Source of the DNA: Octopus vulgaris
Taxonomy: Eukaryota
NCBI GenBank assembly: GCA_951406725.2
Contig: OX597820.1
Span: 63,302,001 to 63,366,000 of the forward strand
Length of the DNA: 64,000 bases
Direction: 5' to 3'
Below are positions 12,258 through 26,293 of the stretch, one piece after another. The notes under the pieces were generated by a model, which was not told the DNA's origin, ran no database searches, and saw nothing but the letters and a program-made list of their open reading frames with translations. Position numbers and translations under genes: made by a program. Position 1 is the first letter of the stretch; every line of letters begins with the position of its first letter.

Positions 12258-14052
12258 TGGTCAATCAAAAGAAAGGGTACTCAAAACATTTATTGGGAGT
12301 TACATGTATTGTTCAAACTCCTAACTGTGTTCTTCGTTAGGCTGGTCAAAATTCGAATCCGACTGGCCTAACAAGAAGCTTCGTTTAGGGGTTTCGAAAC
12401 TTGAAGTAACACGGAATCTGAATCAGTCTGTTTTGAACATCACACACACACACACCCACACACATATACACACACATATACACACACATGGATATCCGTG
12501 AATGTTTTTTTCATTTTATTAATGTGTACATATGTGTATATGTGTATCTGTATGCGTCAGTCAATGCGCACAGGTCCGTATGTTTGAAGCATGTATTTGT
12601 ATAAAAGGAAAGACAGATTCAATAGACATTTAGATATACCATCACATGTTATTCGGTGCATTTTTTTCCTTGTTCTTCGTTCAAATCGTTCCCGTGTCGA
12701 CTTCGTCATTCATACTTTCTTAGGGCAATATATAATATAAAAGTTTACTACTATGTTCGAATTTAATCAGCCATAACGCTCTTTCTAGATAATATGTAAC
12801 CTGTGCCTACATTAAAAATCTATTTTACACAACATGTAAATTGCTACCATTGTGGTATATTTTTCCATATTCTTTATTGAAAATCTTTTTCCTCATACAC
12901 ATATATAATTGTTCGGTCTACTACCCTCTGTTGTCCATCTATAAAATGTCTAGTCGGAAAAACTATTTTGATCTTTATGCCTATTTTAAGTTTTAATACA
13001 CCAATAGTTCGTCTTCTGATAGGTACTGGCAAAAGTACCATTGTTTTTCTCTCTCCTTATGTACTATACACGTCCGATGCAGTAGATTATTATATCGAGA
13101 ATAAAAAATATCTGGAAATACAGATGTAATTTCCATTTCAGTCTCTCTACTTATCTCGGAGAATAAGCGAGTTATTATGTATCGTAAACTTGCTCAAGTT
13201 TATGAAAATATTATTTCGCAGCTGGTAGTTTGAATTCTATTCAAATTTTCTGATGAAAACTGCTAGTAGTCCTGAAATAATATGACTATATGACGATATT
13301 AAACCTCACATAGTCTTTTTTATTGTCTCCTTCTATTGTCCGTGCATGCAACGGACAAGATCTATCTCGTTCAACATATAATTTTGTTATTAACTTATTC
13401 AGAGGTGTTGATCCAGAGCTGTGATTATTTCACATAGCTGTTATTCTTCTTTTAGACAATAAATATTTTACACATCGATAGTGCGGCTCTCAATGAAACT
13501 GCTGGAAATAGCAGCTATGGCTCTTTCAAATCACACACTACTATCTCTGCAAAAGGGAAACCATAATGGATACTCAAGATCTAGCTTAAACAGTAGTTTA
13601 CAAAATCTATGATGGTAATAGCTTAAATGTCCCTCATCATGCATATGTATTATTTAGGTTTGAATAACAACATCTATAGAATATAATGAGTTTTTTGGCA
13701 GAAGTGTGAGGCGCAATGCGTAAGATGTACAACAATTTTGACTTAGAGAAAAAAATGTTTTTCAAGTACTACCTTACAAATACTATATCAGCTAATTAAA
13801 TGATGTTTTCTAAATGCATTCAACTAGAACAGAATCTGAACACTATTTCCTAAAGTCATCTCCTTTCTATTTGAGTATATAAAAGACAAGTGTAGTTGTG
13901 GCAAAATGAGTATGGCAAGATAAGGAAAATTTGCCCCGTCAATTCTCCAGAATTACATTTTAGAAAAGACTTATATACATCAATTTACATCGCAGACGTC
14001 AAAACTTGCAGACATGCAAGAAAAATATAAAATATCAGATGAAATTGATAGA

Positions 14053-14216
14053 GGCGCAGGAGTGGCTATGTGGTAAGTAGCTTGCTTACCAACCACATGG
14101 TTATGGGTTCAGTCCTACTACGTGGCACCTTGGGCAAGTGTCTTCTACTATAGCATCGGGCCGACCAAAGCCTTCTGAGTTGATCTGGTAGACGGAAACT
14201 GAAAGAAACCCGCCGT

Positions 14217-14309
<93 letters not shown>

Positions 14310-14565
14310 TGTATGTGTGTGTGTGCGTGTGTGTCTGTGTGTTTCTGTATTTGTGTGTTTGTGTTTGCCCAAGCAACATCGCTTGACAACCGATGCTAGC
14401 ATGTTTACATCCCGGTAACTTAGCGGTTCGGCAAAAGGGACGACAAAATATGTACTAGGCATACAAAGAATAAGTCTCGGTGTCGATTTTCTCGACTAAA
14501 GGCGGTGCTCCAGCATGGCCGCAGTCAAATTACTGAAAAAAGTAAAAGAGTAAAAGAGTAAAAGA
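14053..14565 (+). mobile_element. Full-length SINE, family A
   Basis: Homologous to 9284-9707, with an expanded internal (TA)n(TG)n. Confidence 0.92.
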
Positions 14566-14597
14566 GAGGATCAGGGGAAAATGGCACATAATATGAA

Positions 14598-14866
14598 ATT
14601 TAATTTGTCAAAATATTTTCGTCACTTTGAGACTGCGACCTGTTCACTGACAGAACTCCGATGCAGGACGGAGTTTTGTCAGTGAACAGGTTGCGGTCTC
14701 AAAGCGACGAAAATATCTTGACAAATTAAATCTAAATGTTGAAGTGAATCTAACGGTTTGTGTGTGTTTCTTAAATGGCTTATAAACACCTTCCGCGCTG
14801 CATTTGTTTTTGTTCCAGCACACGATCTCACACAGGTCACTTGCTATGCAAGTAAATCTTCGGAAA
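14598..14866 (+). mobile_element. pLTR-like element with a 63-bp-arm palindrome; each arm holds a G3-C8 hammerhead variant
   Basis: Arms 14598-14660 and 14669-14731 (5 transition mismatches, 8-nt loop). Motif tttgtca-GTGAACA-g-gttgc(ggtctcaaa)gcgac-GAAA-atat-(C/T)T-tgacaaa. Ends in (TA)n. Confidence 0.75.
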
Positions 14867-14946
14867 TATATATATATATATATATATATACATTGTTAAA
14901 TTGATGGTATTATTAAATTAATATCCAACTTTCCACCCTTAATTTT

Positions 14947-14992
<46 letters not shown>

Positions 14993-14994
14993 TA

Positions 14995-15325
14995 ATGATT
15001 TCAGTCATTGAACTTTGGCCAAGCTGGAGCACCTCCTTCAACGGATTTAGCCGAGCAAATCAACCCCAGTACTTATTTCTGAAGTCCAGTACATGTTCTC
15101 TCAGTCTGTTCTGCCGGACTGCTAAGTTACGAGGACGTAAAAACATACCAACACCGGTTGTCTAACGATGATAGTATACAAAGATGCGCGCAGGCACACA
15201 CACATACACACACAGAAACACAAATACAGCCACCCATATATATATATATATAGATACTCGATAGGCGTCCTATCAGTTTCTGTATGCCAAATCCACTCGC
15301 AAATGTTTGGGCAACACGATATTAT
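14995..15325 (-). mobile_element. Diverged SINE, family A
   Basis: ttcagtcattga...gctggagcacc...gctaagttacg..gacgtaaa...ccaaatccactc. Confidence 0.8.
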
Positions 15326-15340
15326 GTTAAAAAAGAAAAG

Positions 15341-15373
<33 letters not shown>

Positions 15374-15517
15374 GACGCGAGGGTTTGTATATTTACATAC
15401 ATAATCCGTACATACATACATACATACATACATATGCATACCTATATAGGTTAAATAAAATGTGACAACAAAGCCAAGGCAGTGTGAAATTTCTATGACA
15501 TATAAAGAGGAGGGCAG

Positions 15518-15563
15518 CTTTACAGCTGTTTCAGGGTCATAATAGATATCCATCATCAGAGAC
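15518..15563 (-). ncRNA. Hammerhead-like motif (CAGCTG stem III family)
   Basis: Reverse complement: tct-CTGATGA-tgg...cct-GAAA-cagctg-TA-aag. Flank (aagccaaggcagtgtg) is homologous to 42876-42965. Confidence 0.65.
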
Positions 15564-15639
15564 ACAGTTTCTTTTGTAAACACAAACGTATTTGTAACAA
15601 TGCCTATCTATGGACATATGCTCTTTATGCATATGTAAT

Positions 15640-15872
<233 letters not shown>

Positions 15873-16423
15873 GGACATATAGGCAACTACACTCATTCAT
15901 CAAGTATCTTCACGTTCTTGTACTACTGTATGGCTTTGTTTAGATAAATTTTCGAATATATGCACACATGTTCATTTACACATATGCATATAAATATTAG
16001 TATAAGTAGGCTCTTTTAAGCTACATTGAACTTTAAAAAAAAATGCATCAGATATGTGATCATTTAAAAAGGCATCTGACAAAAACACACGAGAATAAAC
16101 ATGAAAAATATAGAAACAAAGTTTATATGAAATAAAGAGAAAATATGTTAGACTGCACAAGTAAACAAAATAAAAAAAGTATAAACAGTAACAAAAGTAG
16201 TAACGAAAACAAAATGAAAAAAGAAACATGAATAAAATCATGATTGAGATATGTAGAGAAAATGTAGGGACGACAAAAAAAAGAAGGAAAAGAAACGAGG
16301 AGAAATAATTATAGAAGAGAAAGAAAACATTTGAAAAGATCGCAATCGGAGAGAAGGTATTTATTTGTACGTCTCCGTGCAGGAGAGACCGGTCAATGTG
16401 CTTAGGCATCTGTGGTGAGATTG

Positions 16424-16473
<50 letters not shown>

Positions 16474-16828
16474 TGTGAGTGTGTGTGTATGAGTGTATTT
16501 GAGAGAGAGAGAGTGAGTCAGAGAGTGTGTTTGAGACAGAGAGATAGAGAGAGAGATGTCAGTTTTTAGATTAGAGAATACGAGTAGAAAGATTAAGAAA
16601 GCACTGGTAAAATTATAGGAAGACATCAGATTGGGATTTTGTGTGTATGATTATGTGTGTGTGCGTGTGTGTGTGTGTGAGTGTGTGTGTGTGTGCGTGC
16701 ACGTTTGTAAACACACAATTTTGGGGAGAAAAACCAGCTATGATAGAGTACGAATGCAGCAAAATAAGCAGATGAAAGGAAGAGAAACGACAAAGTGGTG
16801 AACAAAAATACTTGTAATATACATATAA

Positions 16829-17033
16829 GGTGGTGGGGTAGTAGAATCGTTAGCACGCCGAAGAAAGTGCTTAGAGGTATTTCGTCCGTTTTTACGTTCT
16901 TAATTCTAGTTCAACCGAGGTTGATTTCGATTCGCATCTTTTCGGGGTCGATAAAATAACTACCTGCTGAGCTCTGGGGTCACTGTAATATCCCTTTTCT
17001 GAAATTTCTGGTCTTGTGCTAAATTTTAAACTA
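16829..17033 (+). mobile_element. SINE family B
   Basis: agaatcgttagcacgccg...gtatttcgtccg...ttcggggtcgataaaataa. Confidence 0.85.
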
Positions 17034-17124
17034 CTATACTATGTGTGTGTGTGTGTGTGTGTGTGTGCATGATGTAAGAATAATACATGTGCGTAAGATG
17101 CAAGTCTACACATTTATTCATGAA

Positions 17125-17719
17125 CAGCTCTGTCGCCCATTATAGGCACCTTGCAACTTTTTGTTTCGTGGCCCCATTCCAGCAATAAAAAAAACCATAA
17201 TCGTAATCTGCGCACCTTTTATACATAGCTATATATTACTTTATTCTATCTAAAGTTCAATATTACACGTTATCTTAAAGAATATCTTTAACAGAACAAG
17301 TTAAATTTATTTAGCTCTATTACAAATTTCAAATAACTAAAACTTCCAGATATGAATTAAAGAACGCTTTTATCATCCAGGCAAGTTTCAAAGACAAACA
17401 CGGCGGACATTTCTCTTCGCGAAATCATCGATTAGTTCAGAATAATCAAGCTGAGAGCTACGTTCGTGTTCAATAGATATCATTGACAATCCACAGAGTC
17501 TGGTACACGTTCGTGGTACAAAGTGATATTTTTTACAAGTACTTTTGCAGGTACAATGTATTACTATTTTATTTGTTAAAATTTCATTTAACATAAACAA
17601 TTTAATTCTTGTTCAACATCTTAATGAAAGAAAATAGATGACTTATCTTAAGATATCCCCCTACCGACCGCATAGCCCCCTTTGACTGAAAGTGTTGCAG
17701 GGGCTTAATGACGCCCCTG
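17125..17719 (-). mobile_element. Non-autonomous hAT transposon with 8-bp TSD
   Basis: TSD ttcatgaa at 17117-17124 and 17720-17727; CAG...CTG termini; residual hAT dimerization-domain end RLCGLSMISIEHERSSQLDYSELIDDFAKRNVRR. Confidence 0.85.
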
Positions 17720-18569
17720 TTCATGAACTCTGGATATGACTATATGTATACTCACTTACACGCTTAGATACACGCACATAGATCCCAAAGATGAGTGAAT
17801 GTGATTCTAATATATATCTAGATATATGTATGCATGTTTTCTTTTTATATGCGTGTATGACTGTGCCTTAGATCTTTCAGAAAACCCAAAAAGAAATTCA
17901 TGTCTCATATGACAGAATAATATTTTTAAAGTAGCATTAAAATCGATAAACCCACATCAGAGGTCTCTCCAATGTTATATCACAAGTACGTGTAAGAAAA
18001 CAAATCTAAGTCTACACAATTAACTGAATTTATTGAACAAAGAAGCGAAACATTTAGCCTCCGTCCACAAGGTGGATAGCAGAATAGAATGTCTGGCAAT
18101 TTACCAACCCTTATATTTCATGAAAGGACAAATTTAATCATAGAAATTTTGTTGTAGATCACTCAATACCGCTTTATTGACCCGGCGACTATCGAACATG
18201 TGTGATCGCTGGTACATTATACATTTGATCAACAACAATATAATGCAAGCAAGAAACGTTCTATCTTGAAACAATAGCATTTCAGCCATTAAGTTATTCA
18301 GTGACTTCCGTAATTACAATGGCTGCAATTTTACACAGACATGACGAAAGTCTACTCTTCACTAACCAAATCACGCTTTTGCAAAAGCCTTTGTTTTGGA
18401 GCAAGTTTCGTCAAAGACATACTTGTGTTTAAGATATTGCTGATAAAAAAAAAGGCCAGTTAGTTCTAAGATTAAGTAAATGTGTCTGGATTCAATGAAA
18501 GAATTCTATTACAAAAAAAACGCATTCATGCACGTCGAATCTATCTTTGATGATCTTTTACTGATTCAA

Positions 18570-19165
18570 GTTATCGGAATGAGATCAAGCTGGAGCAACA
18601 CCTTGAAGGATTTTAGTCGAACAAATTGACCCCGATACTTATCTTTTGTCTTTACCGAACCACTAACAAGCTGTGTGTGGAAAGAAACAAAGGCGCAAAA
18701 CACAAACACACACAGAAACACACACACACACAAACATATATACATATACGGCTGATTTAAGCACTACTTACGTCTACCAAATTCACGCACAGAGCATTGG
18801 TCGGGTCGAGCCTACAGTCGGTGACAATTTCCCAATGTGTGACGCAGTTGATAGGAAACCCAAAATGACGTGATTGTAAAGCAAGCTTCTTATTTCTTTA
18901 TTACCCACAAAGGGGCGACACACAGAGGGAACAGACAAGGACAGACAAACGTAATAAGTCGATTACATCGACCCCAGTGCGTAACTAGTACTTATTTAAT
19001 CGACGCAGAAAGGATGAAACGCAAAGTCGATCTCGGCGGAATTTGAACTCAGAACGTAGCGGCAGACGAAATACCGCCAAGCATTTCGCCTGACGTGCTA
19101 ACGTTTCTGTCAGCTCGCCGCCTTGTAAAGCAACCTTCTTAGCAACATACACATGCCTGTGCCTA
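18570..19165 (-). mobile_element. Diverged SINE family A, interrupted in its head by a family B SINE
   Basis: Body at 18570-18892; remaining head at 19123-19165. Confidence 0.8.
18893..19122 (-). mobile_element. Full-length SINE family B with 19-bp TSD and Tx1-LINE-like tail
   Basis: TSD ttgtaaagcaa(g/c)cttctta at 18874-18892 and 19123-19141; tail similar to the LINE 3' end at 20758-20807. Confidence 0.92.
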
Positions 19166-20339
19166 TCTGTATATATACTTATATATATGCAAATGTACAT
19201 GGTTGCTTCAGTGCATCAGTGAAAATATTGACGTCCCCGTTTTTGTCAGCAGATATACACAACAATGGATGACTTCCATGCGACTCTAATAATCTCAAAT
19301 GATGTATAACTATCGCACCTATACAACTCAGCAGCGTCACACTATCTATAACCTCTGGTGTTGTATATGTGGGCGGAAAGCATTGATATGTATATTTATG
19401 TACATATATACATCCCACTATGTTTCTTGAACAATTTTATTCACATAGATAATATATGCACTTCTGTGAACGTGTCAACCACCTGTAACATACGAAACAA
19501 AAGTAATGATCATAAGTGTACATATATATGCACGAACATGTATACACACATGCCTGTAATACTGAACAAATAGACTCTGGTTATGACAAGATATTACATT
19601 ATATGTTATATAAACTTTAGCATCCATAACAATGCATAATCACGCTTCACACCATGCTGAAAGAATGTCAGATTCTTCGATATTTCTCCTACCTTACATT
19701 CGTTATCCACCTGTCATCTCTTTCATGTCTTTCTTATTTTTCCCCCACCATCCCTAACCTATCCTATACGGTTCCTTCTAACGTATCATCCTTATACACT
19801 CAGTCTTCTGTCACCTTTTTCTCTATCAGTCATAATCCCCACTCGTTTTTATTCTCTCTCAACATTTCTCACTGTTTTATTATTTTTAATTGCTTATCCA
19901 CACATGCATATTCCATAAGATAAGAATTTTTTTGTACAGTGTTTCATATTTTCTAAATTTAACATGTATATGTAGTTTATAAGTGTTTTCACAAAAATTT
20001 CTTTAAAAGGGTTACATGTTTGGATGTACATGTATCCATAGTTATAAGTAACTTGTATGCATCTATTTACCTGCGCGAACACGTACGGATGGTGTGTGTG
20101 TCTGTGTGTGTGTGTGTGTGTATGTATGCGAACATGCCCATATTTTTGCAAGAGCATTTGTGTATGCTCAAGAACAGATGTTCTGCTACATTCGCGCTGC
20201 ACATACACAGACACACACACATACACAGACACACGCACACACACGCACTTGCACACACACACACTTGCGCGAACAAAGACACACACATGCATATGTGTGT
20301 AAGTATGCATATAGTTTAACAGACAGAGAGTTAGATATA

Positions 20340-20755
<416 letters not shown>

Positions 20756-21135
20756 TGTTTCTTTATTAGCCACACAGGGCTGCACACAGATAGAACAAAT
20801 TACAAGGTAGAGCTTTTCTTTTGAAGGTTAAAAAAAAAAAAAAAAAAAAGGAAGGGGGAGTTTCGATCAAAAGGGATCGTAAAAGGAGAGAAAGAGGACA
20901 AAAAAAAGGGGGTTAAAAAAAAGGGGAAGAGGAATAAAAAAAAATTGATCAATAGGGATCGTTATCACAGAAATGTCAATATGAAGTGTAAAGGGGAGGA
21001 CAGGTGAGGTTTACCCGTGGAAAGAAAAGCCTACGGAAAAGACCACTGTAACCTCGGTCAATGGAGTCACATGTTATATTTCTTTTTTTTTTTTTTTTTT
21101 GCGAATAAGCAACTCTCTGTTTTCAATTTCTGGGT

Positions 21136-24100
21136 TCATAGGATCATGCTCAAGGTGGCTTCGTCATTCATACGTGCCATTCTTGCTACATTCACCCATC
21201 TTTTTTTAAAACATTCGCTAGACAAAACTTGCCTCTCTACTCTCACTTTCCTTTTCAAGTGGTACTTGAAGAAGTTGATGAGAGATTGACCAGAGAGGAA
21301 AGTGTTTGTCTCCAATCCTTTCAGACGCGTCCACCAGATACATTCTTTCGCCATAGCCACAAGGATGATGAAAATAGCTCTTCCTTCCCGTTTGAAGGAA
21401 GGAGGCGTGACAATATTGACGATAGACTCAGCTGATAAACCGACTCGTCCCACACGTGACAGCAGTTGTTCGACATAAGCCCACAGGTCGGAAATTGTTG
21501 GACACTGAACGAGTGCGTGCAGAACGGTTTCGTCGCTCTGACCGCATCTCGGGCAGGTCGGCCCCGTGTTTCTCGAGCCGTGTCTGTAGAGCTAATCCCG
21601 AACGGGTGGCGCTTTCGGTAGCACTGCCAGGCCAGGGATCTCTGGAAGTTGTCATGGGCCCTGGCCCGAAATTCGTCCTGAACAGGCGGGTCAGGTACTC
21701 CTCGTCGACGTCCAGGTTCGCCCCGAGCTCGTCGTCGTACCTCCCCTCCACTAAACCCCAATAGAATGCTTTGGTTGTGTTGAAGTCACTCAAGGTCGAC
21801 CCAGGACGGCAGAGTTGCTTGAGAGCAACGCGACACTCGCGGTGCCAATCGCCCTTCTTCGGCCTCTTTTTGATCCACGACTGCAGTTCGGTCATGGAGA
21901 CGAGCTGCGGGAAAGCGTGCATCACAAACGGCGACCACACCTGTTCACCGTCGTCTACATAGAGCCAGAGATGTCGCAGTCTCAGCGCGTGTCTGCGTAT
22001 CATCAACCACGGCATGCCCAGCCCTCCTTTTAACGGGTGTTGACAGCAAATGGATCGCCTGACCATCGGGACGCATCCTTTCCACAAGAAGCGAAAGAGA
22101 TGCGTTGTAGTTTGGTGATGGTAGGGTCGGGACAAGGTACGACGGTCAGGCGGTAGTAGATGACGGACGCGATATACGTGTTCGCCACCTCCGCTCGACC
22201 TTTTAGGGACAGTTTCCTCTCGGCCCATTGCCGGGCGAGAGTGACCACCCTACTCGTTATCTCATTCCAGTTCTTCTCCACCTGGAGGTCTGGACCAAAC
22301 CAGACCCCGAGCAACTCAACCGGGCCGTCGGTCCAGCGTCCCACGACGGAGGCGCTGGTGGACGGCATGGGCTTGCTTCTCCAGGTGCCTAGTCGCAAGC
22401 CCACTGACTTTTCCCGGTTGATTTTCGCTCCTGTCACCGCTTCGTAGTTTTTCAGTGTCTCGCCGACCTGCTCGATATGCTCGTGGCTAGACACTATGAC
22501 GGTGACGTCGTCCGCGTATGCAGACACGCTCGTCCCGCATCCCAATTCTCGCGGGATGCCCCTTAGAGTGCCAGCTTCCGCAGTATGGCTCAAGAGTCAA
22601 TACGTATAGAAGCGACGAGAGGGGGCATCCCTGACGGACCGAACGTGCGATGTCGAAAGGTCTCGATAGATGTCCATTTACGCGAATTACCGAACGGATG
22701 CCTCTGTACAAGGCGGCTATCCATCCGCGGAAAACGGGACCGAAACCAGCCGCTCTCAGGACTGCCCCCCAAGTATCGATGGTCACCCTATCAAAGGCTT
22801 TCGATTGATCCAAGTTGATCAGGGCCCCACCCATGCCAGGTTCGTTAACTACCCTGTCTATGATGTAGCGCATCAGATGGAGGTTGTCATGGATGGTCCG
22901 GCCTGGCACGGCGCATGTTTGCGCCTTGTCGACCAGTTTCTCGATGACAAGCGCCAACCTCTTGGCTAGCACCTTGGCCAAAATTTTCAAGTCTGCATTA
23001 AGCAGAGTGATGGGCCTAAAGTTATCTATTACATTTCCCTTGTTTAGATCTTTCTTCAGCAGTGTTACGGCTCCTCGGCTCACAAAACCAGGAATGCTCC
23101 CGTTTTGCTGCCAGTTGCAGTACACCGCCGCCAAGAGATCTCCAAACAAGTCTGGCATACAATTGTAAAGCTCGTAGGGTAGACCATCCAAACCCGGTGA
23201 TTTGTCCCTCGAGCATTCTGCCATCGCTTCCGCACTTCCGCCGCCGTGATGGCACCTTCGCAGCACCCTGCCTTTCTTGTCGAGAGTCGTGGTAGGCTAT
23301 GTAGGTAGGCACTGAAGTCCACCCTACGTTCTTGCCCTCCACTCGTTCCGAACAGTCGGACAAAATGCTGCTGAAAGGCCTTCACACATTTTACTTGGCT
23401 CGAGCAATTCGCGCCCCTGTTCATCTACCAGTGACCGAATGGTGGCTTTGTTGCCCTGTTGCGCCTCTGCCACCCTGGCCTCTCTCGCGGCTCCAACACC
23501 TTCGTTCCTTAGAGCACGCATCCTAGCTCTGACAGCACATCCTTCGTGTTTGGCGTTGAAGTGTTGGTCGAGAGCCAACCTCGCCGCCAAAACGTCGGAT
23601 GCGATGCCGCTTCTAATTGCCTCTTCTAGCTTCTTAACTAGCTCACCCTCTACTCTATTTCTATCTATGGCTAGTGCTTTGCTGTACCTAATCGCTTCTG
23701 CTTTTACTGCTCTCTTGAGGGCAAACCACCATTTGTTGTTGATGATGGCTCCCGTCAAAGCCCTCTTTACTAGTGTGCTAATCCGGTCTCTGAAAACTTG
23801 TCTCGATGGGAAAGACGCGTTTAGTTTCCAGTATCCGGGACCCTGCCTAAGTGTCTTACCTAAGTCTAGCGTACATGTCACAAGTTTGTGATCCGTGTAG
23901 CTGACTATGTGGAATTGTGGACATTCTATGCTATCTCTATCTACTGTCCTACACAGTATCCTATCTAGATACGATCTCGATGACCCGATGCGGTTGCTCC
24001 ATGTCCACGTTGGCGCATTCGGGTGGTCTAGTCGGAACCTGTCAGACAGTTGAAAGCGTCTGAGCAGGTCTCTGAGGCATTTGCATCCCCGTCTATTCCT

Positions 24101-24568
24101 ATCTCTACCCACGTAGTCTACATGCGTGTCCAAGGTAGCATTCCAATCCCCCACTAAGAGTAAAGGACGAGACGTTCCCAAGAAAACTTCTAGACGTTGA
24201 AAGAAATCCGCCCGACCTGTTAAGGGCGGTGCGTAAACTGATACGAGTCGAAAAGCGCACCCATTGCTGCCGTCGACATCCAGGACGACCAGTCTACCCT
24301 CCGGATCTACGAATATTGTCCTTACTTTGAGATCCAGACTCTTGTGAAAAAGTACCGCGGTGCCACTACCGCCCATTCTCGGCAGACAGGGGGAAAAATA
24401 AATGTTGAACTGTCCGCCAAACATGGTCTTTAGGGCCCGCGGATTGTGGAGTCTGGTCTCGCTTATGGCTATGATTTCTAACTTATGTGACTTTATGTCA
24501 TTTAAGAGGTACCCTTGTTTCCAAGGGGACCCCAAGCCACGCGCATTTACACAACCAATCTTGATCAT
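21136..24568 (-). pseudogene. LINE ORF2 (APE endonuclease + reverse transcriptase), broken by several frameshifts
   Basis: Motifs CVNARGL, SETR, GDWNA, SYLDRIL and TDHKLV (APE); PGLDGLPYELY, FRPITLLNADLKI, LDQSKAFDRV, RQGCPLS and AYADD (RT); GGLGMP. Spread over ORFs 23324..24568, 22487..23266, 22030..22593, 21428..22228 and 21136..21453. Confidence 0.93.
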
Positions 24569-24599
24569 AGTTCTAATGAATTAGAATACAGAGGGTTAC

Positions 24600-25345
24600 T
24601 TACTGCTCGAAAGTTTTTGCTTTCTCCTCCGTTGGTTTGTCCTCGAGAAGATCCCAGTACAGTTTCTTTGTGAGATATTTTTGGCATTTACCAACCGCAC
24701 TGGGGAAAATGCCTTTGAGTGTGTGGTGCAGACTTTTGGAGATGTGTAATATTTTGATGTGGTCTGGTGGTGTTGTGTATGGGTGATTGTTTGTTTTTAT
24801 GTCATCTTCTGTTATGTTTGTTTTTGATTGGATGTATTCCATTAAATTTGTGTTTTTGGTGTCTATGGTTGTGATCATGTTTGCTGTATATGTTTTTGTG
24901 GTGTTGGTGTGGCTGTTGTTTGCGTTGGGTTTTGAAAAATCTTCGGGAGATGTATTTCCCCCTGCTTTGTTCGTGTTTGCATTTGGTTTGGTTGTGTTTC
25001 TGCTCTTTATTTTCCTTCTTTTTGTAGCTATTTGCCATTCCTCACTGGTTTCGTCTTCCGACGAAATTTCTGAGGAATCAGAAGGGGGTAGGGGTATGTT
25101 GTGGGCTTCTATGTATGTCTGTGTAAGTGGTTGTGTTGTTGTTTTCGTTGTTGTTGGTTGTTGAGTGTTTGTGTGTGTTGAGTGTATAAGGGATGGGGGA
25201 TCAGTTTGTGTGTGTTTTCTTTGTTTTTCTGTTCCTTTGGGTTTTGCTGTTGTTGGTGGTGTTGGTATTTTTCAGGTGTTGAGTGGTTTTTGGTTGATGA
25301 CGGATTAGCTTGGTGTGCTTCTCTTGTCGTCTTCTGTGTTGATGG
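24600..25345 (-). pseudogene. C-terminal part of LINE ORF1 (low complexity, frameshifted)
   Basis: K/Q/T/N-rich reading frames immediately upstream of the ORF2 ATG, ending ...KKLYWDLLEDKPTEEKAKTFEQ*. Confidence 0.6.
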
Positions 25346-25353
25346 TGGTGTGG

Positions 25354-25354
25354 G

Positions 25355-25402
<48 letters not shown>

Positions 25403-25541
25403 GGTAGATAGACAGATAGATAGACGGATAGATAGATAGATAATTGGATAGATGGGTAGATATAGATAGATAGAAGATAGATAGATAGATAGATAGATGG
25501 ATAAATAGATAGATAGATAGATATATATAATAGATAGATAC

Positions 25542-25617
<76 letters not shown>
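25354..25617. repeat. (GATA)n microsatellite flanking the LINE 5' end
   Basis: Seen directly; shares a 62-nt variant pattern with the left flank. Confidence 0.95.
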
Positions 25618-26293
25618 TGTGCATTTTATGAGATACTAAATTTGAGTCTCCATCTAAAACTATACATGAACTTATCATTTCTCACAAATTTCCCCGCTAT
25701 TATTCTTATTTCATCGCATCTCCTCACTATTTAATCCTTCTTCCAGATCTCCAAACACATTGATTTCCCTCGCATATATAAATGCTCTGCTAAGCGCTTC
25801 TCACGTTACCTCAATGCCAGATATCTAGTCTCATTTCATTGCCAACCACACACATTGACACTACTCAACACCGTCCTTTTTTTTCTCAAGGTCATTTCAG
25901 ACATCCTTTCACAATGGACAGCATATCAATTTAATCATTCATCTTTCATCGGCATAGCAAAGTAACGCTTAGGTAGTCAACTAGATTGGCGAACACATAC
26001 ACAAATACAATCTCACATCTTCAGCCTCGCTTTGCAGAACATGTCAATATTTTCAGCTGTTTCTGTTTCATCTACGTGCGTTACAAATGAAACGTTCTAC
26101 ACATTGCACCTATCCACGTGTATTAGGAATCGTCAGAGCATCCAACATAACGTTTACTGTTCTTTTCCTCTTCTCATATTCTCACATTTAAAATGAAACT
26201 TCTGTATACAAAGAAATCTTCACCTTAGAAAACCACTATTTGAACGCATAAGTTTTAACGATAAATCGAGATTAATCAGCCACTGTTCATATT

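Larger units (their letters stand above)
20757..25353 (-). mobile_element. L1/Tx1-clade non-LTR retrotransposon, 5'-truncated in ORF1, inserted in (GATA)n
   Basis: APE endonuclease, RT and C-terminal C/H-finger region; 3' UTR ending in aataaa; GATA tracts on both sides. Confidence 0.95.
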
